Shown here piece by piece: positions 24,710-37,937 of a DNA stretch of 64,000 bases. Under the pieces are notes generated by a model. It had not been told where the DNA came from. It did no database searches and saw nothing but the letters and a program-made list of their open reading frames with translations. Every line of letters starts with the position of its first letter. The first letter of the stretch is position 1. The stretch is from Tubulanus polymorphus (taxonomy: Eukaryota > Animalia > Nemertea). Location of the stretch: contig NC_134030.1 in the NCBI RefSeq assembly GCF_964204645.1, positions 19,242,210 through 19,306,209 on the forward strand, read 5' to 3'. A program made the position numbers and the translations under genes.

Positions 24710-25588
24710 GACGGAACTGGTGAAAGCTGGAGAGAGAAGTGAGAAATATATCGCGATATGGGATCAACTTGCTGAGAACGGCTTGATACAAGGGTTCATT
24801 AGTTATACTTGAAAGTCATTTAATGAGATCAGTCATGGACACTGTGATACGATTAATTATGAGAAATCATTCACAATGAGTCAAATTCAACAGAAATTGG
24901 TCCCGATTATTCAGTTTTCGCGCCGTTCCCAGCTTTTTATTCCCCCTTTTTCCAGGGGAATTAATAATTACCTGGAAGAAAATATCCAATCTAGTCATGT
25001 AACATATATGGAACCTAATCGACTTGGGCTTTTGGTTTGTTTTCACACGGAGATGTAAAAGATCGCGTATCTCAATATGTAATTACTGTAAAATGCTATA
25101 TACAAAGCTATGTGTCGGGATTGTAACGTCAATTGAATACGATTCCACCAAAATCCTCGAGTCTGTTTCAATTCGTTTCCATTGGGCAAAAACGACGTTC
25201 GATTCAATTTTATTCAGCGTTAACTTTGCAAATCAACAAGATGGATAGTCGAACTGGAGAATTTATTCCTGCCAACTAGTTGTCTGTGTTACGATGTACT
25301 ATAAAAACGTACTGTGTAAATTGTATTGAAGCTGGAATGTATAGTGTTACGTGTTGCAAAGTGAAAACCGCTGGCTCATCTTTTAATGCCACTGTGATGG
25401 CTTCTTATGTTTTTTTTTGATGTCATTAAAATCTGACCGGTCTAGTATTTGTTTTATTCTCCTTTGTGGAAATCTCGCTGCACGAATTTTCAAGAGTGAT
25501 GCCTCTATATAGGACACCGAGGCGAATCTAGTGCGTCGTTTCAATGATGGCTTCATCGGTCTGCATGTTAAGGACAATTAACAGCTGG

Positions 25589-25878
25589 CAGGGGCGGATC
25601 CAGGGGCATTTTGTGACCATGTCGACCTATAAATAGGGAATATATTCTTTATTTAGGGCCGAAAGGCATATCAGCAAAATTTTTGAAATTTTACCATCAT
25701 TTTACAGCTTTCTGAGCATCTCTGAGAGGCATTTAGTCAAGAAACATAGGTTGTATATTTAGGAAAATATCTATTGTGTATCTTAGGTGGTTACAACGGC
25801 AAATTTTGGTAGAGAAATAATAAAAAGGCACTTAAAAATTCCGACCGTGTCGGGCGACACGGTCTAAATCCGCCCCTG
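25589..25878. mobile_element. CAGGGGCGGAT-TIR element (copy 2), probably in the SNX4 3'UTR
   Basis: Highly similar to 10929-11220; candidate SNX4 polyA signal AATAAA near 26289. Confidence 0.85.
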
Positions 25879-27034
25879 GGCTGGTCCTCTCACAAACCTA
25901 GAAGACAAACTTCTAGCGTGATACGCCTACATTAGTTAATTGAGTTTGTTGATCACAACAAAATGATCGATGCTTATAATTAGGGTGTATGTTGAGGATG
26001 GTGTCTTATCATGTCTGGTCTATGCGCCTGCACAAAAATATATGCGAAAATTATGTATGCGTGCTATGCTTCAAAATGTGTGCGTGTTCTCGGTTAAGAA
26101 AATACTAATGTGCACAACCCGGAATCCAATTAAATACAATCACTATTAAAGGCAGCTCTCAGCGAACTTCATTCCAGTAGGCCTACCCGTATCTCATCAT
26201 TCGCAGTTTGGATTCTGGAAAATCTCTTGCGTTTACCCTGATTACGTGTAGCTCTCGTGTCGCTATGATGTATATAATGTTAATGTTGAATAAACACTTA
26301 TCTCGATAAATACGTGTAGTACCGGTATTCGTACGTTTTCACTAATAATCTAAACAAATAAACAAAAATCAAAAACAAATATAAAGGGAAAACATGGACC
26401 ACGGGTTTCGACTAAAGATGGCTTCAGCGGTCTTAGGATTTCGGAAGAAAAACGCACACCTGTTGTGCGGAGACACCTGCACTATTAAACCTGGCCGATG
26501 GTTGCAGTATCCTTGTTCGTCAGCGTGTAAATAAACCCCCATTGTTTCCATTTTTAAATCGTTGTCGTTTATTCTTTGCTGGTGCTTCTGGTTTAGTGAT
26601 TGTTGGTGTCATCGTTAAACATTGTCTTACTGGATATCCGAGTGTGTCTTCACCATTCCCCGTGCTCATTTCAGCGAGTCCAATTGTGCTACTCGGCGAG
26701 TCCTCTAACTCGTAAAATCACTTCCCGGCCGCATCGCAACAACAGCTATGATGAGATATTGTGTCCATCGTGACTTGGCGGTTTATTCCAATAAGGTAGT
26801 TCGTAGTTCAGTGGACCATAGATTATTACGTGATGTCCATCCACATCATCAGTAACACCAATATTCGCATTTCTGTTCTGTTTGAATATTATATCATTCG
26901 GAAGAAGTGGCAACAATGTTTCGGTTAACTTGGTTTAATTGCGATACTTAATATGAAGAGTATATATAAGAAAGTAGCTATACCGATCCGATGATTAAAG
27001 AATAATGCGGGATGTGGCCATGTGTTTCAGCTCT

Positions 27035-27670
27035 TTTGGTCAGGCATGCAACGAGCAAGGCCCTAAGGCATTTACCAGTCGGGGGACATCATATTTCAGC
27101 CTGCCGTCTGCCGTCACCTGAGACATCGTTATCCCGATACAGGCAACAATTCCAGGGTGGCCATCTTGAATATCTTGTTAGTGCAACAAGCCTATAATTT
27201 GATATTGATTTTCATGAAATTGGGAGGAAGGGTTGGGCTTGGTGAGATGTGCATCCCTTTTAAAGATTGAGGTTATCGATCATCAATTATGGCCGCCGGG
27301 GCAGACATCTTAAGTGTTCTTATTGATACATCCTATAATCTTGATCGATGTCCATGAAACTTAATGCAAGGGTCGAGGCTGGTGAGATACCTTCTATACC
27401 CCTATTGAAAGTTTAGGTCAATGCGGTCATCTAATACGGCCGTCAGGGTGGCCATCTTGACTTTTTCATTAGCATGATACAGCCTAGTTCTTGATGGATT
27501 TTCAAGACACTCCGTGTGAGGATCAGGGCAGGTGACGTGACCTCCCCTTTCGAGCATGGAGGTTGTCAGCTATCAAATATGGCCATTAGGGTGGTCAGTT
27601 TGATTTTTTGGTTGCATCATACATGCTTAGAATCGTTAATGGTTTTACCCGATGCTTCTTGGGTAAGTAT
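27035..27670. mobile_element. Element with internal ~125-bp tandem units (DINE/Helentron-associated-like)
   Basis: ctgccgtctgccgtc microsatellite-like head, repeated ggtggccatcttg/catgaaa units, and terminal hairpin ttacccga..tgggtaa. Confidence 0.5.
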
Positions 27671-30409
27671 TCCAGCAGGTCAGACGTGTTTACCTGATTT
27701 AACAATAACCTGGTAAGAATTGCTGTGCCATATATCTATTTTGTGGCTTCATGGTGGTTGAAAAAAGTAGGCCTACATACATGGTACACAGTGAATTTCT
27801 TGCGAAGATGTATTAATTAGAGTTCCAGACCGGATAGAGAGTAAAGTATGTATTTAATGAAATCCATAGTCTCAGTTTATCTCAATGCCCTTGGATTGAT
27901 AACCAAATTTCCCTCGGACTAAGAAATCACAGCCACATGGATGACAAGCTTAAAGGGAGTGTGTCTCATACAAGTTTTTAAAGTGTAATGAATACCTTCA
28001 TCAGCCATGTAAACATGTAACACATTGTTTTGTTGATGCAATATCTATTGCCCCATTAAAACTGCTCACCCCGGGGTAGACATACGAGGCTTTACCACAT
28101 TCTGGTTTAAGTATTGCTGTAGGATTATTTATTGTATGTACAATTATTCAATGTAGGATTATTCTTGGATTGGTGTATGATTACAAATCGCAGGGAAGGA
28201 AATGATCAAGTTTCATGTATAATGTAACATATCTACATGTATATTTGCCCGATTAATTGGAGCTAGTCTTCTAGAGCTAGACTGAAACTGCACTTGTTGC
28301 CGTTATAATCCTGTGGATTTCGTACCTGGATATCAGGTTGATTCACTTTTTTAAATTTTTGGTTGACAAGGATTATGTCTATGAAATGAGAAACCGTTAA
28401 ACTATCATTAATGTATACATTAAATCGTGCTCATTCTGCAAATATCCAACACGAATGCGCATTAATTCAAAACTTTTTAAACGAGTCAAAACAGCTGTAG
28501 AAAATAAATCAGCTCATACGTATGCACTAATTCTACTATTTCCCATTCTCTGTGCGATTTATTGTAAATTATTTCCAAAGAATTTATGAGTGAAAATAGC
28601 TGCAAAGCAGCGATAACGGGTTTTTGGGCCAACCATAGGCTGAGCCTACTACTATACAAATGGAGCGAATTTAGATGAAATGGTTTCCAGAGCTAAGGCT
28701 CTTTGAATGTGCAACTGAGCATAATAACTTATTCATACAAATCATTCATTAATTAAAGCATTATCCATTCTCCAAATCCTATGAAGCTTAATTTTGAAAA
28801 AAGGCCCCATTAAAATTTATATGAGCTTTTTATCATTTATGATTAAGCAAAATTCGGGAAAATAGCTTCTTCTCAAATCGCATGGATGACCTTGATATGC
28901 CATGTGCTGAAACCCCAAATCAATCAAATTTTATTCAGCAAAAATTCGCCGATGGTTTGCTTCCTGATAGAATTTAAGTCCTTTAGCAGTTTTGACATTT
29001 CGTCACTGCACGACACTTTCTAACGACTCGGTTTACGATGCACTTGATATTATATCTATTACAATGTTAGGACATGCGTGTTCAGTAGAGCCTACTCTGG
29101 ATCACCCAGAGATGGAAGACCGGTAGTATTGTTGAGTACGCGGTATAATATGTAAGAGACCGGGTTGCAGTTTACCGGTATTAAGACGAAGAACGAATGA
29201 ACGGAAAGGACTTTACCGGATAGTGCGGATTATCGATTATAGTGATACGCTACTAGGCGAAATTGACAAGCGGAAGCAAATAGAATTCGATATTGTATAA
29301 ATTTAAAATTGTAAGTTAATTTTTATTGTAAAGAATTAATTGATACGCGGTTAGACCGGTACCGTTTAAACTGAAGTCTACTGTAAAATTATGACCTGTA
29401 GCCCAAGATGCCCACAGACGTGGCATATATTTGGTGGCACGATCGGGTGGAGACACCTTTTGAATTTGTGTGGAGTTTCTTGGATAAATCTCACTACAGC
29501 GAACACATAATAGTATTATATTCTTCATCTAATATTTTAAATATAAATCGTTAATAATAGAAATAACTAGTTATCAAGGCAGGTGACTTTCGACTTCTAT
29601 AACTTATTTCATTACATGATAAATGTATTCGGCAACAACTCAATCACAGGTCGTTGCGACTCCGGTGAGTCGATTGGAGAAATATTTTTACAAGCGATAA
29701 CGATACGGAAGATAACGGTTCGTGGGCCCAGGCTCGTATCAGTCGTCACCGCAACTCCGAAATTACCATGCGTTAGTTTCCATTGCGATTTGATGTTTGG
29801 TGTCTAGGCCCAATGTTTAAATTGGTAAAGGATTAGGATTTCTAATTTCGATCCCGTTTTCGGTTATGGGGTCATCTTCAAGGTTATGTCGCTAAAAATG
29901 ATAATTAAAGTGGCTAGTTCTGTTGGTTATGCACTGGGCTCATTCTTTGCACTGCACAGACCCCATACTAACGTTGTACCCAAGTTTCATTAAAGAGCAA
30001 ATGCCATCAAAATAGAATATTGTGTAAAAGTCATTTTCAAATGCGATCTATTCACAAATATTAAATATGCTACTGGTTTGAATTTTAGTTCAGCCATTAC
30101 TGAGCAAATACGACTTTTAAATCGGCAATTTCAGCACGTGCTCACTGTAATTGTTTTTGTTAGCAGGTGCGCGTTTCTGACGTCTTCGCTCGCGGCTTCC
30201 AGTAATTTCACTAGACATTTTATGCGATATTTCATCGTTTTGGGAGTGATTTGAATTGTTCAACTCTTACCATTGTATACAGGCTACCGCTGCATATAGC
30301 ATGATACTGGTATATAAATGAGTAGCGCTCTAGGCCTGTGAATACGGTGAACAAATGATGTTTATTTAATAGGCTACGCGTCACGCACACGTGCTTGTGT
30401 TGATTGTCA

Positions 30410-30822
30410 TAGGTTTAGGTTAAGGTTTAGGTTTATTTATTTCGCTCTAACCAAACATTGGTATATAGAGGTTACAAGAATTTGTACAATAAAATTTATA
30501 ATTTACAAAACTTAAAAACAAGAAAACAGAGATACACATAGAATAGAATAATAAAAGAGATAACAGATATCTATACGTGAATTTTACTTAAGTAGCTTGA
30601 GACCAGCATTTACAAATCTAGCGAGTTTAATTAATATATTGTTATTTACAGCATTAAGTAATTGTGACATTTTAAAAGTGTTGGGTCTAATTACATAAAA
30701 AGGTGTTAAGAAAACTCTTCGTATATTGTTTAGTTTGGAACACTCAAAAAGAAAATGGAATTCATCACCGATTTTGTTAAGATTACAATATGTACAAATA
30801 CGTTCGTTTCTATCAATATTTA
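30410..30822 (-). mobile_element. 5'-truncated non-LTR retrotransposon 3' end (RTE-X/L1-like Cys-His C-terminus)
   Basis: ERICTYCNLNKIGDEFHFLFEC motif, stop at 30584, 3'UTR ending aataaataaac plus (taaacc)n tail. Confidence 0.8.
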
Positions 30823-33194
30823 CAGGTAACATCATAAATAGCGCCACCACGGGTTGCATGTGAACTATATGCACAGAGTGAAGTATAAATAAACGACTAA
30901 TTTATGGCTAATTAGAGATACTTTTTCGATAAATCAGATAACTCAGGTGGTTATATATGTACTTAAGTTTATTCTGGTTAATAAAATCGCGGAAGTTCAC
31001 AATTTTGACGGCATTTGCCCTTTAAGATCGACCCACTAGTTAATGAGCTGACACTCAGGCCAGACAAAACGAACGCAAGTGTCCCTAAAGGAGAACATTT
31101 TTTTCTTGATCTTAAAATAGGGATTGTCCGTGTTGTTTATTTGGTTTGTAAATTTCGTTAAATTTTTTGATTGAGTGTCCCTTACAGACCACCACACCTG
31201 ACGGGAGTGAAACAGGGGGTTTGATTTTGAAATCGGAAATCGAAGTACAGATATAGTTGTGTGATCGGCGGTCTAATTTACAGATTTTTTTTTTTTTTTT
31301 AATGGAAGTACATAGTTGGAAATTCGGTTCCGGTTCATTCAAACAATCTTCCATTCAGTCTGAACCGGCAAGCGACTGATTGGGGTGAATTTTTCTGGCT
31401 GCCTAATTTAATACATCAACATTTTGGAAATAGCAACATTACAAGGTTGAAGATCGTTTTGTCCATTTTTATATTTTTTTGGTCGTTTTCTACGTGTAAA
31501 TAGTCCGATAGTTAATTGTAGTTTTTTTTTCTCGGGTAGATGTTGATGTAGAAGTCCTCTAAGTTGCTTGTCCCGCGTGTTGACTAGATAAAAGGAAGCA
31601 CATTTCGAAACGCAAATTTTCCAGATGAGAGTTTGGTCTTTGGGTATCCGAAGTGAACATATTAAAAGGTGGTATTTGATTGTACTGATACAACGACTTG
31701 CTAGGCAGATCCACACGCACTTCGTTATTTGAATCGGACGGCAACGCATAATTCAAAACAAATAAAACAACCACCGAAAACACTTAATAAAATGATTTGA
31801 CGCGATGAAAAAGAGAGACGTCAAATGTCCTCTACAAATAAAAGGTGAGAGTATGGTATATTTCTATTCATGTAAGCACTGTAGTAACCTGATCAGAAAT
31901 TACAGCAGCTCGAAATAAATAAAAATATCACCTAAGCTTCGTGAACATTTCAAAATGAGGATTGAAACTCATGTGATGATTATGCAATGTTTAAATCCGC
32001 TTAGCATATACGAACCATGAGGCTATAAAACTGATAGCAATTGGTTGTAATTATTGTTATGAAGCTGAAAAGCTGAAGCTGAAATCAGGTAAGTCGATAA
32101 CTACTGGACGTATCGGCCCCACTCCGCGCAGTTGCGCCACCGCGCGGGATTTACGCGAAGCAGCAAACACAAACATGGCCACTCTCTCAATTTTCAATGA
32201 TAGAAATAGTGTTTGCATTTCAATTATTTCGGCTGTTAGGGTTTTAAGGCACAATATAAGTTGATGATGTGATATGGCGATGTTAAGTAATGATAATTCC
32301 GCAGTGAAGCTAGTCACGAACGGTGCCGATTGAGTGTACAGCTGCCAAAAACACTGAAATGTGCGTAGTTGCGTAACTATTTGCAGTGAATTGCAGACGA
32401 AACATAAAGCCTTAACGGCCGTTTAAAAAAAATTATACCAATCGCAATTGTAAAATAAAAATGAGATAGAACCTAAGTTAAAATTCTGGCCATTTCTAAA
32501 AATGTTATTACTAACTTTTGGTCAGTGCCGAACGTTTAGTTTTCCAACAATAATGAGGGGTGGTAGGTAGTCATGCAATTCAAGTCATCATTTATTACAC
32601 GTTACTTCCGTGTTGTTGAAAATCTCGCGAGTCCTGGACCAAACCCCATTGAACAATGTGATCTGTGTGCTGGCCACAAATGCACACAGATCACACTACA
32701 CTACCCATTACACACTCCAGTACCCACAGCTTTCATATATCCATCCAAATATTTAGAGTGTCTTTCTTCCTGGTTTCAAACAAGAGCCCCGTGGGGCTTG
32801 ATGCGGCAGCTTCACAAATCATATTGTATCTCAAAGAGCTGGGCTTCGACAGATTTCATACTTAGAATGCTTGACGAACAGGCTTTTAAATCATTTCCAT
32901 GACTTTTTGCAGCAACTTGACTTAAACGGAAATATCAAGATACGGATTGATTTGAGCTTTTTTTCAAAATTATATATGAATGATGAAAACACACTATTTT
33001 TCAACGTGGTGTTTTGGCGGAATTTCAGAGAAGTAGTTAAAAAGCCTGTCTCCACTTGAACTGAGCATTTTTCCAGGACATTTCTATGAAAATCCGTCAA
33101 ATGAAACGATCTCAACACACCATTGTATCATAGAACTCATGAGATCAATGATTAGATGTAATAATCACACGACTCATCAAACGTACCAGTAGAG

Positions 33195-33320
33195 GAGAAC
33201 CGCAAACCAGGAAACACGCATACAAAGTCCACAAACGGTACGAAATTCAGAGCATTCAGTACGAATGCCGACGAATTCAAACTTTCATTCTTTCCTAGAA
33301 CTGTCATCCAGTGGAATCAG
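33195..33320 (+). mobile_element. CR1/L2-group LINE 3' fragment (also ~44209-44334, ~55225-55350)
   Basis: Encodes FRAFSTNADEFKLSFFPRTVIQWN, the SFFPRT..WN C-terminal motif typical of CR1-group RTs. Confidence 0.7.
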
Positions 33321-34221
33321 AGTACTAAGGACGAGATCGACTTTACCCGCGCAAGACCCCGTTGCACCGCTGAACAATTAGCACCAACTCCCTGCGTCAC
33401 CAATACGTCCACTTCATGTATTAATGTTTTCATATCTCCGTCCATTTATTTACATCATTTAGGAATTTATACCAATAATGAGCCATCCACACGTTATCTA
33501 TAGATTTTCATTCGCATCCAATGCGCAGACTAATCAAATGAATAAATTTGATTTCAACTTAAAGTTTCGAATACATAGAAGCTTAATGCGGAAATTATTA
33601 ATGAATATCAGTGTGCGTGTTGTCGAATATATTCGTAACAGAAGTTTGAATATTTCTTTAAAGCGCTCCTGCCGTATCTACTTCAAGCATTTTACGCAGC
33701 CCCCGAACGTTTTGTCTTAAGTCCTACCTTGAGGCTGGCTTATATCGACAAGCGACGCGACGCATACCGACTCCTACCGACGCAACTGAGAGCAACCGCG
33801 ACCGTAGCTCAGCTTATGACGACTGAGCTCCGAATCCAGCAACTGAGGCCGACTATCGGGATACGAGATCCTCCCTGCTTAATATGTCGGTTACGAATCC
33901 TGGCAACTGCACCGGCTCAGATGGTTCTTAGAAGCCGTTCATACTTTTTCCTCGATGGCTATATAGGCCATTTGCAACCTCGTTTTGTAAGCCCCCAAAG
34001 AACACGCCAGCACGTAAATGAACCAATACACAAGACAATAAGGGATCCAATCGGCAAATTTTCAAAAACTGATCACATGTTCACCCGATACGTATTTAAT
34101 CGAAAATGACCTACAAACACCATACATTAGACATTTTCATCAGCACACCTTCCCTATAACTGTGATCGCCCGGATGAAAACGGCAAAAACATGACATGTT
34201 TACCACCGTAATAGAAGAATA

Positions 34222-34334
34222 ACCAATTCGCAAGCCAATTTAACTTAACAAAGGAAAAACTGTGTTTAGGTTGAAAAGGAAAGGATTCATCCACCCATAA
34301 ATCTTTGTCCAGCACATCTATTAGTATAAACCAT
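34222..34334 (-). pseudogene. 5' fragment of family 'A' GPCR with its upstream flank (also ~45236-45348, ~56249-56361)
   Basis: ttctaggaaaatATGgtttatactaat...tgtgctggacaaagatttatgggtgg matches the start of the 37937 gene with internal deletions; upstream ~200 bp also homologous. Confidence 0.8.
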
Positions 34335-35084
34335 ATTTTCCTAGAATAAAGATAAAAAATATCTGAATTCATCCGATATATATGCATTTTGATTTTCATT
34401 TACACGCCAAGGGCGTAGCTGATATTATTGTGGTATGTAATGTAAACTTGAAATGAATAATTACAAAAAGAAATTGTTGTGATTGATGAAATATTGTGAA
34501 AGTACGTGCTCTAGCCGAGGACCTGTTCACATAAGAGTAAAGTGCTAACTGGTATTACATTTGAACAATATAGTAAATTGTCTCGTAAAATTAAGTAAAA
34601 ATGTACTTCTTAATATATCAAAGAACAACGAAACATCGAAATTAGCTGCATCCGCACAATTGGGACGTCTTCAAATATTATTTGTACATCTTTGAGACGG
34701 TTGTTAAAATTCTAACCGCACCCAAGCTTCTAGCTATTTCAGCATCGACTTACGAAAGTATCCTTTCTGAACGAAAAAAAAAATTAAAAAAAAGGAACGA
34801 AGGTACACACAAAACCATTGAAGTAAAACAAAATGAAACCCTATAACGATATGCAGGTTTAAGTCGTGTTCCGTTGCGGCAGAGATCGATTGCGCGGGGT
34901 GTGGATGATCAGTGGTACTAGTGATAATCAATTTGAATGAAATAACAACAAAATACGTATTATTTAAATCATTTGATATTATTGCAAAATCTAACAAGAC
35001 TCATTGTTTTGAAGGGATTCAATTTTCATTTTTTGGAAAGAGTCATCTTCATTTGAATTACGACTGGACCTTTTATGTCAAGGT

Positions 35085-36004
35085 TTATAATTGATAATAA
35101 TCTTAGCTCCTTCTTCAACGTCATTCCGGAAATTCTGACTCCACAAAAATATATACGCATTGACAGCATGGTTTGCCTGATAGAAAACAAGACCGAATGC
35201 GTTGCAAATTATTGCAATGTTCCAAAAGCCAAATGTTAATCACAATGATTCATGTAATACAAGAATGTTTCTGTGCCATGCTCTTCTAGAATTCCAGTAA
35301 GAACTGCAATAAATGACAAACCTAAAAATGCTTTTGAAAGGTTGAAACTACCAGAATTGTGATATTCTTAGCCGTAGCTAGTTTTATTTTCTAGTATCTT
35401 GTTTAGTTGTTTCTATTCTTACGGACTTTCTTACAAAAACTATTATGAAACCATTTGCGACAGCCACTTTGGCAAATGTAAAAAAAATAATGCTAGGATG
35501 TTATTAAGATTTGAAAAGATCGTTGAGCCAGTAAGGTTTACAATCATACAAGTTGTCCATTTACCACTTAGATCTACGTCTCTGTAAAAAGCTGCCCCGA
35601 CTACATTTACGATGAACACTTATAATGCCTATAGCTCTTTTAGCCCTTGTGACAGTACACAATGCGGCAGCTTTTAGAGGTTTGGAAACTGCTACTGCGC
35701 GATCTATCGTCATCGTGGCCAGAATCGAGATGGATTCTTGTTGAGGACAGTTAAAGTGGAAAGCTTTCGCGATACACATGGCTCTGCTGAACTTCACATG
35801 GGCTACATCAGATAGGGCACCTCGACACTGAGTATCGCAAATAAATCCGCCATTCCTAAAGCTAACATATTAAAATGACCAGAACTATGTGCTGATTTCT
35901 TATAAGTTCCCAAAACGATGATTACCAAACCAATAAGACTTAAAAAAGGAAACACGTATGCAGAAACTTTGTTTAGGTTGATCGTGAACGGCTTTATCCA
36001 CCCA
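35085..36004 (-). pseudogene. Family 'A' GPCR pseudogene, unit 1
   Basis: Colinear with 36957..37937 (KFSRAMCIAKAFH, MTIDRAVAVSKPL) but frameshifted and lacking the start. Confidence 0.9.
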
Positions 36005-36059
36005 CGATAGCCATTTAAGTCTTAATGATGGTGAACTTAACGTCACTTACGTGTTGTGT

Positions 36060-36670
36060 GGTTGGTGTATTCCATGGTTAGTACTTGCGGGCCATCTCTA
36101 ATCCTGAAGTAAGCCAAGCACAAGAACACGTTCCAAAAGACTAACCGAACATGCAATATTGTAAAACCGATATTTCTTGTCAAAAGGGAGTAGCCATCGT
36201 GAATTCCGAAATGACTGACTAATCTTTTCAAACTGGCAGAAATTGTGCTGTCGTTATGATCAAATTTGATAGATTTCTCGTTGTCGCGAGTCCGTTGTAT
36301 TTCAAACAATGTTGGAATAAAATCAAATTATTTTCTGTCTATATTCAACGCATTTATTTGGCAGTTTGTTACTGGGCGTATTATTTTCCAATTTTCCATC
36401 AAAGGACAACCAAACATAGAAATTACCTTGTCGAATTATAAGTACTTCTGGATAATCAAAGCTCCTCAAATGTCGTTTGGATTTCGTCTCGGAATCTCCG
36501 GTGGTAAACTAATGGTTAGGTGTAATGTTGGACTCTTCCTAAGTGTTTTCGTCCGAAAATTTCTTCATTTACTGCGTGACGAACAACACTTCTTTAAGAG
36601 AAGATGCATAAGATGTTTTCCTCATAAATCATTCGTGCGATTCGTATTAAAGATATTTCTTCAATAACAG
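36060..36670 (+). pseudogene. Possible decayed GPCR of another family (also ~47076-47686, ~58102-58712)
   Basis: DISCQK...AVVMIKFDRFLVVASPLYFKQCW resembles TM3-ICL2; LMVRCNVGLFLSVFVRK resembles TM5; stops present. Confidence 0.4.
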
Positions 36671-36956
36671 GACAAATCCTTCTTGCGATCAGATTCTTCA
36701 ATCAACACCACAAATTTAGTTTTCTTATTTCCCAGTTAAGTAATTTCTCATAGTATTTATTGATCTAAATAATGCTTTAGAATAAAATTGCAAGAAAATA
36801 CGTATTACTAAACTCGTTTCAAATTTTGCATATCTTACATGGTTCATTCAATGGCGTTAGTTAAAATCATCATCATTTTAAATGCAAACAGTCATCTTGA
36901 ATTGGATTTTATCATAGTGAATTACGAATGGCACTCCGGGCCTTTTTACTGCAAGT

Positions 36957-37937
36957 TTAAAGCCTATTGATGAATATCTTAGCTCCTTCTTTGACATCAT
37001 TTCGAAAGTTTTGACTACACAAAAATATATACGCATTGATAGCATGGTTTGCCTGATAGAAAACAAGACCGACTGCATTACCAATTATTACAAATGTCCC
37101 AAAAGCCAAATGTTCATCACAATGATTCATGTAATACAAGTACGTTTCTGTGCCATGCTCATATTCTAAGATTCCAGTAAGAGCCGCAAGAAATGACAAA
37201 CCTAAAAATGCTACCGAAGTTGAAACTACTAAAATTGTGATTTTATTAGCCGTAGCCTGTTTTCTAGCGTCTTGCTTAGTTGTGTCCATGCTAGCAGACT
37301 TTCTCACACCAACTATTATGAAACCATTTGCAACAACGACGATAACAAATGGAAGAAATAATGCCAGGATGTTATTAAGATTTGAATAGATTGCGGAGCC
37401 AGTAAGGTTTACAATCATACAAGTTATCCATTTACCACTGAGATCTATATCTCTGTGAAAAGTTGATCCAACAATGTTTGTAATGACCAGAAACACACTT
37501 ATAATACTTATAGCTTTCTTAGCCCTTGTGACAGTACACAATATTACAGCTTTTAGAGGTTTGGAAACTGCTACTGCGCGATCTATCGTCATCATGACCA
37601 GAATCCAGATGGATACTTGTTTAGGACAATTAGCGTGGAAAGCTTTCACTATACACATGGATCTGCTGAACTTCACGTGAGCTACATCCATCAAATAGGG
37701 CACCTCGACACTGAATATCGCGTATAAATCCGCCATTCCTAAAGCTAACATATAGAAATGACCAGAACTATATGACGATTTCTTATATGTTCCCAAAACG
37801 ATAATTATCAAAACAATCAGACTTAATAGAGGAAACACGTATGCAGAAACTCGGTTCAGGTTGAAAGTGAACGGCATCGTCCACCCATAAATCTTTGTCC
37901 AACACATTTCACTCTCAGAGATATTAGTATAAACCAT
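36957..37937 (-). CDS. Orphan class A GPCR, family 'A' (326 aa), unit 1
   Basis: Close paralog of 769..1755; intact ORF. Confidence 0.92.
   Translation of the reverse strand: MVYTNISESEMCWTKIYGWTMPFTFNLNRVSAYVFPLLSLIVLIIIVLGTYKKSSYSSGHFYMLALGMADLYAIFSVEVPYLMDVAHVKFSRSMCIVKAFHANCPKQVSIWILVMMTIDRAVAVSKPLKAVILCTVTRAKKAISIISVFLVITNIVGSTFHRDIDLSGKWITCMIVNLTGSAIYSNLNNILALFLPFVIVVVANGFIIVGVRKSASMDTTKQDARKQATANKITILVVSTSVAFLGLSFLAALTGILEYEHGTETYLYYMNHCDEHLAFGTFVIIGNAVGLVFYQANHAINAYIFLCSQNFRNDVKEGAKIFINRL

Noticed and set aside
26369-26830. Coding-like minus-strand stretch (METMGVYLHADEQGYCNH...)
   Set aside because: Interrupted by stops in all frames and no recognisable family.
33729-34109. 126-aa ORF present in the units
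   Set aside because: Non-ATG start, no motif, start lost in unit 3; recurrence is explained by the duplication.
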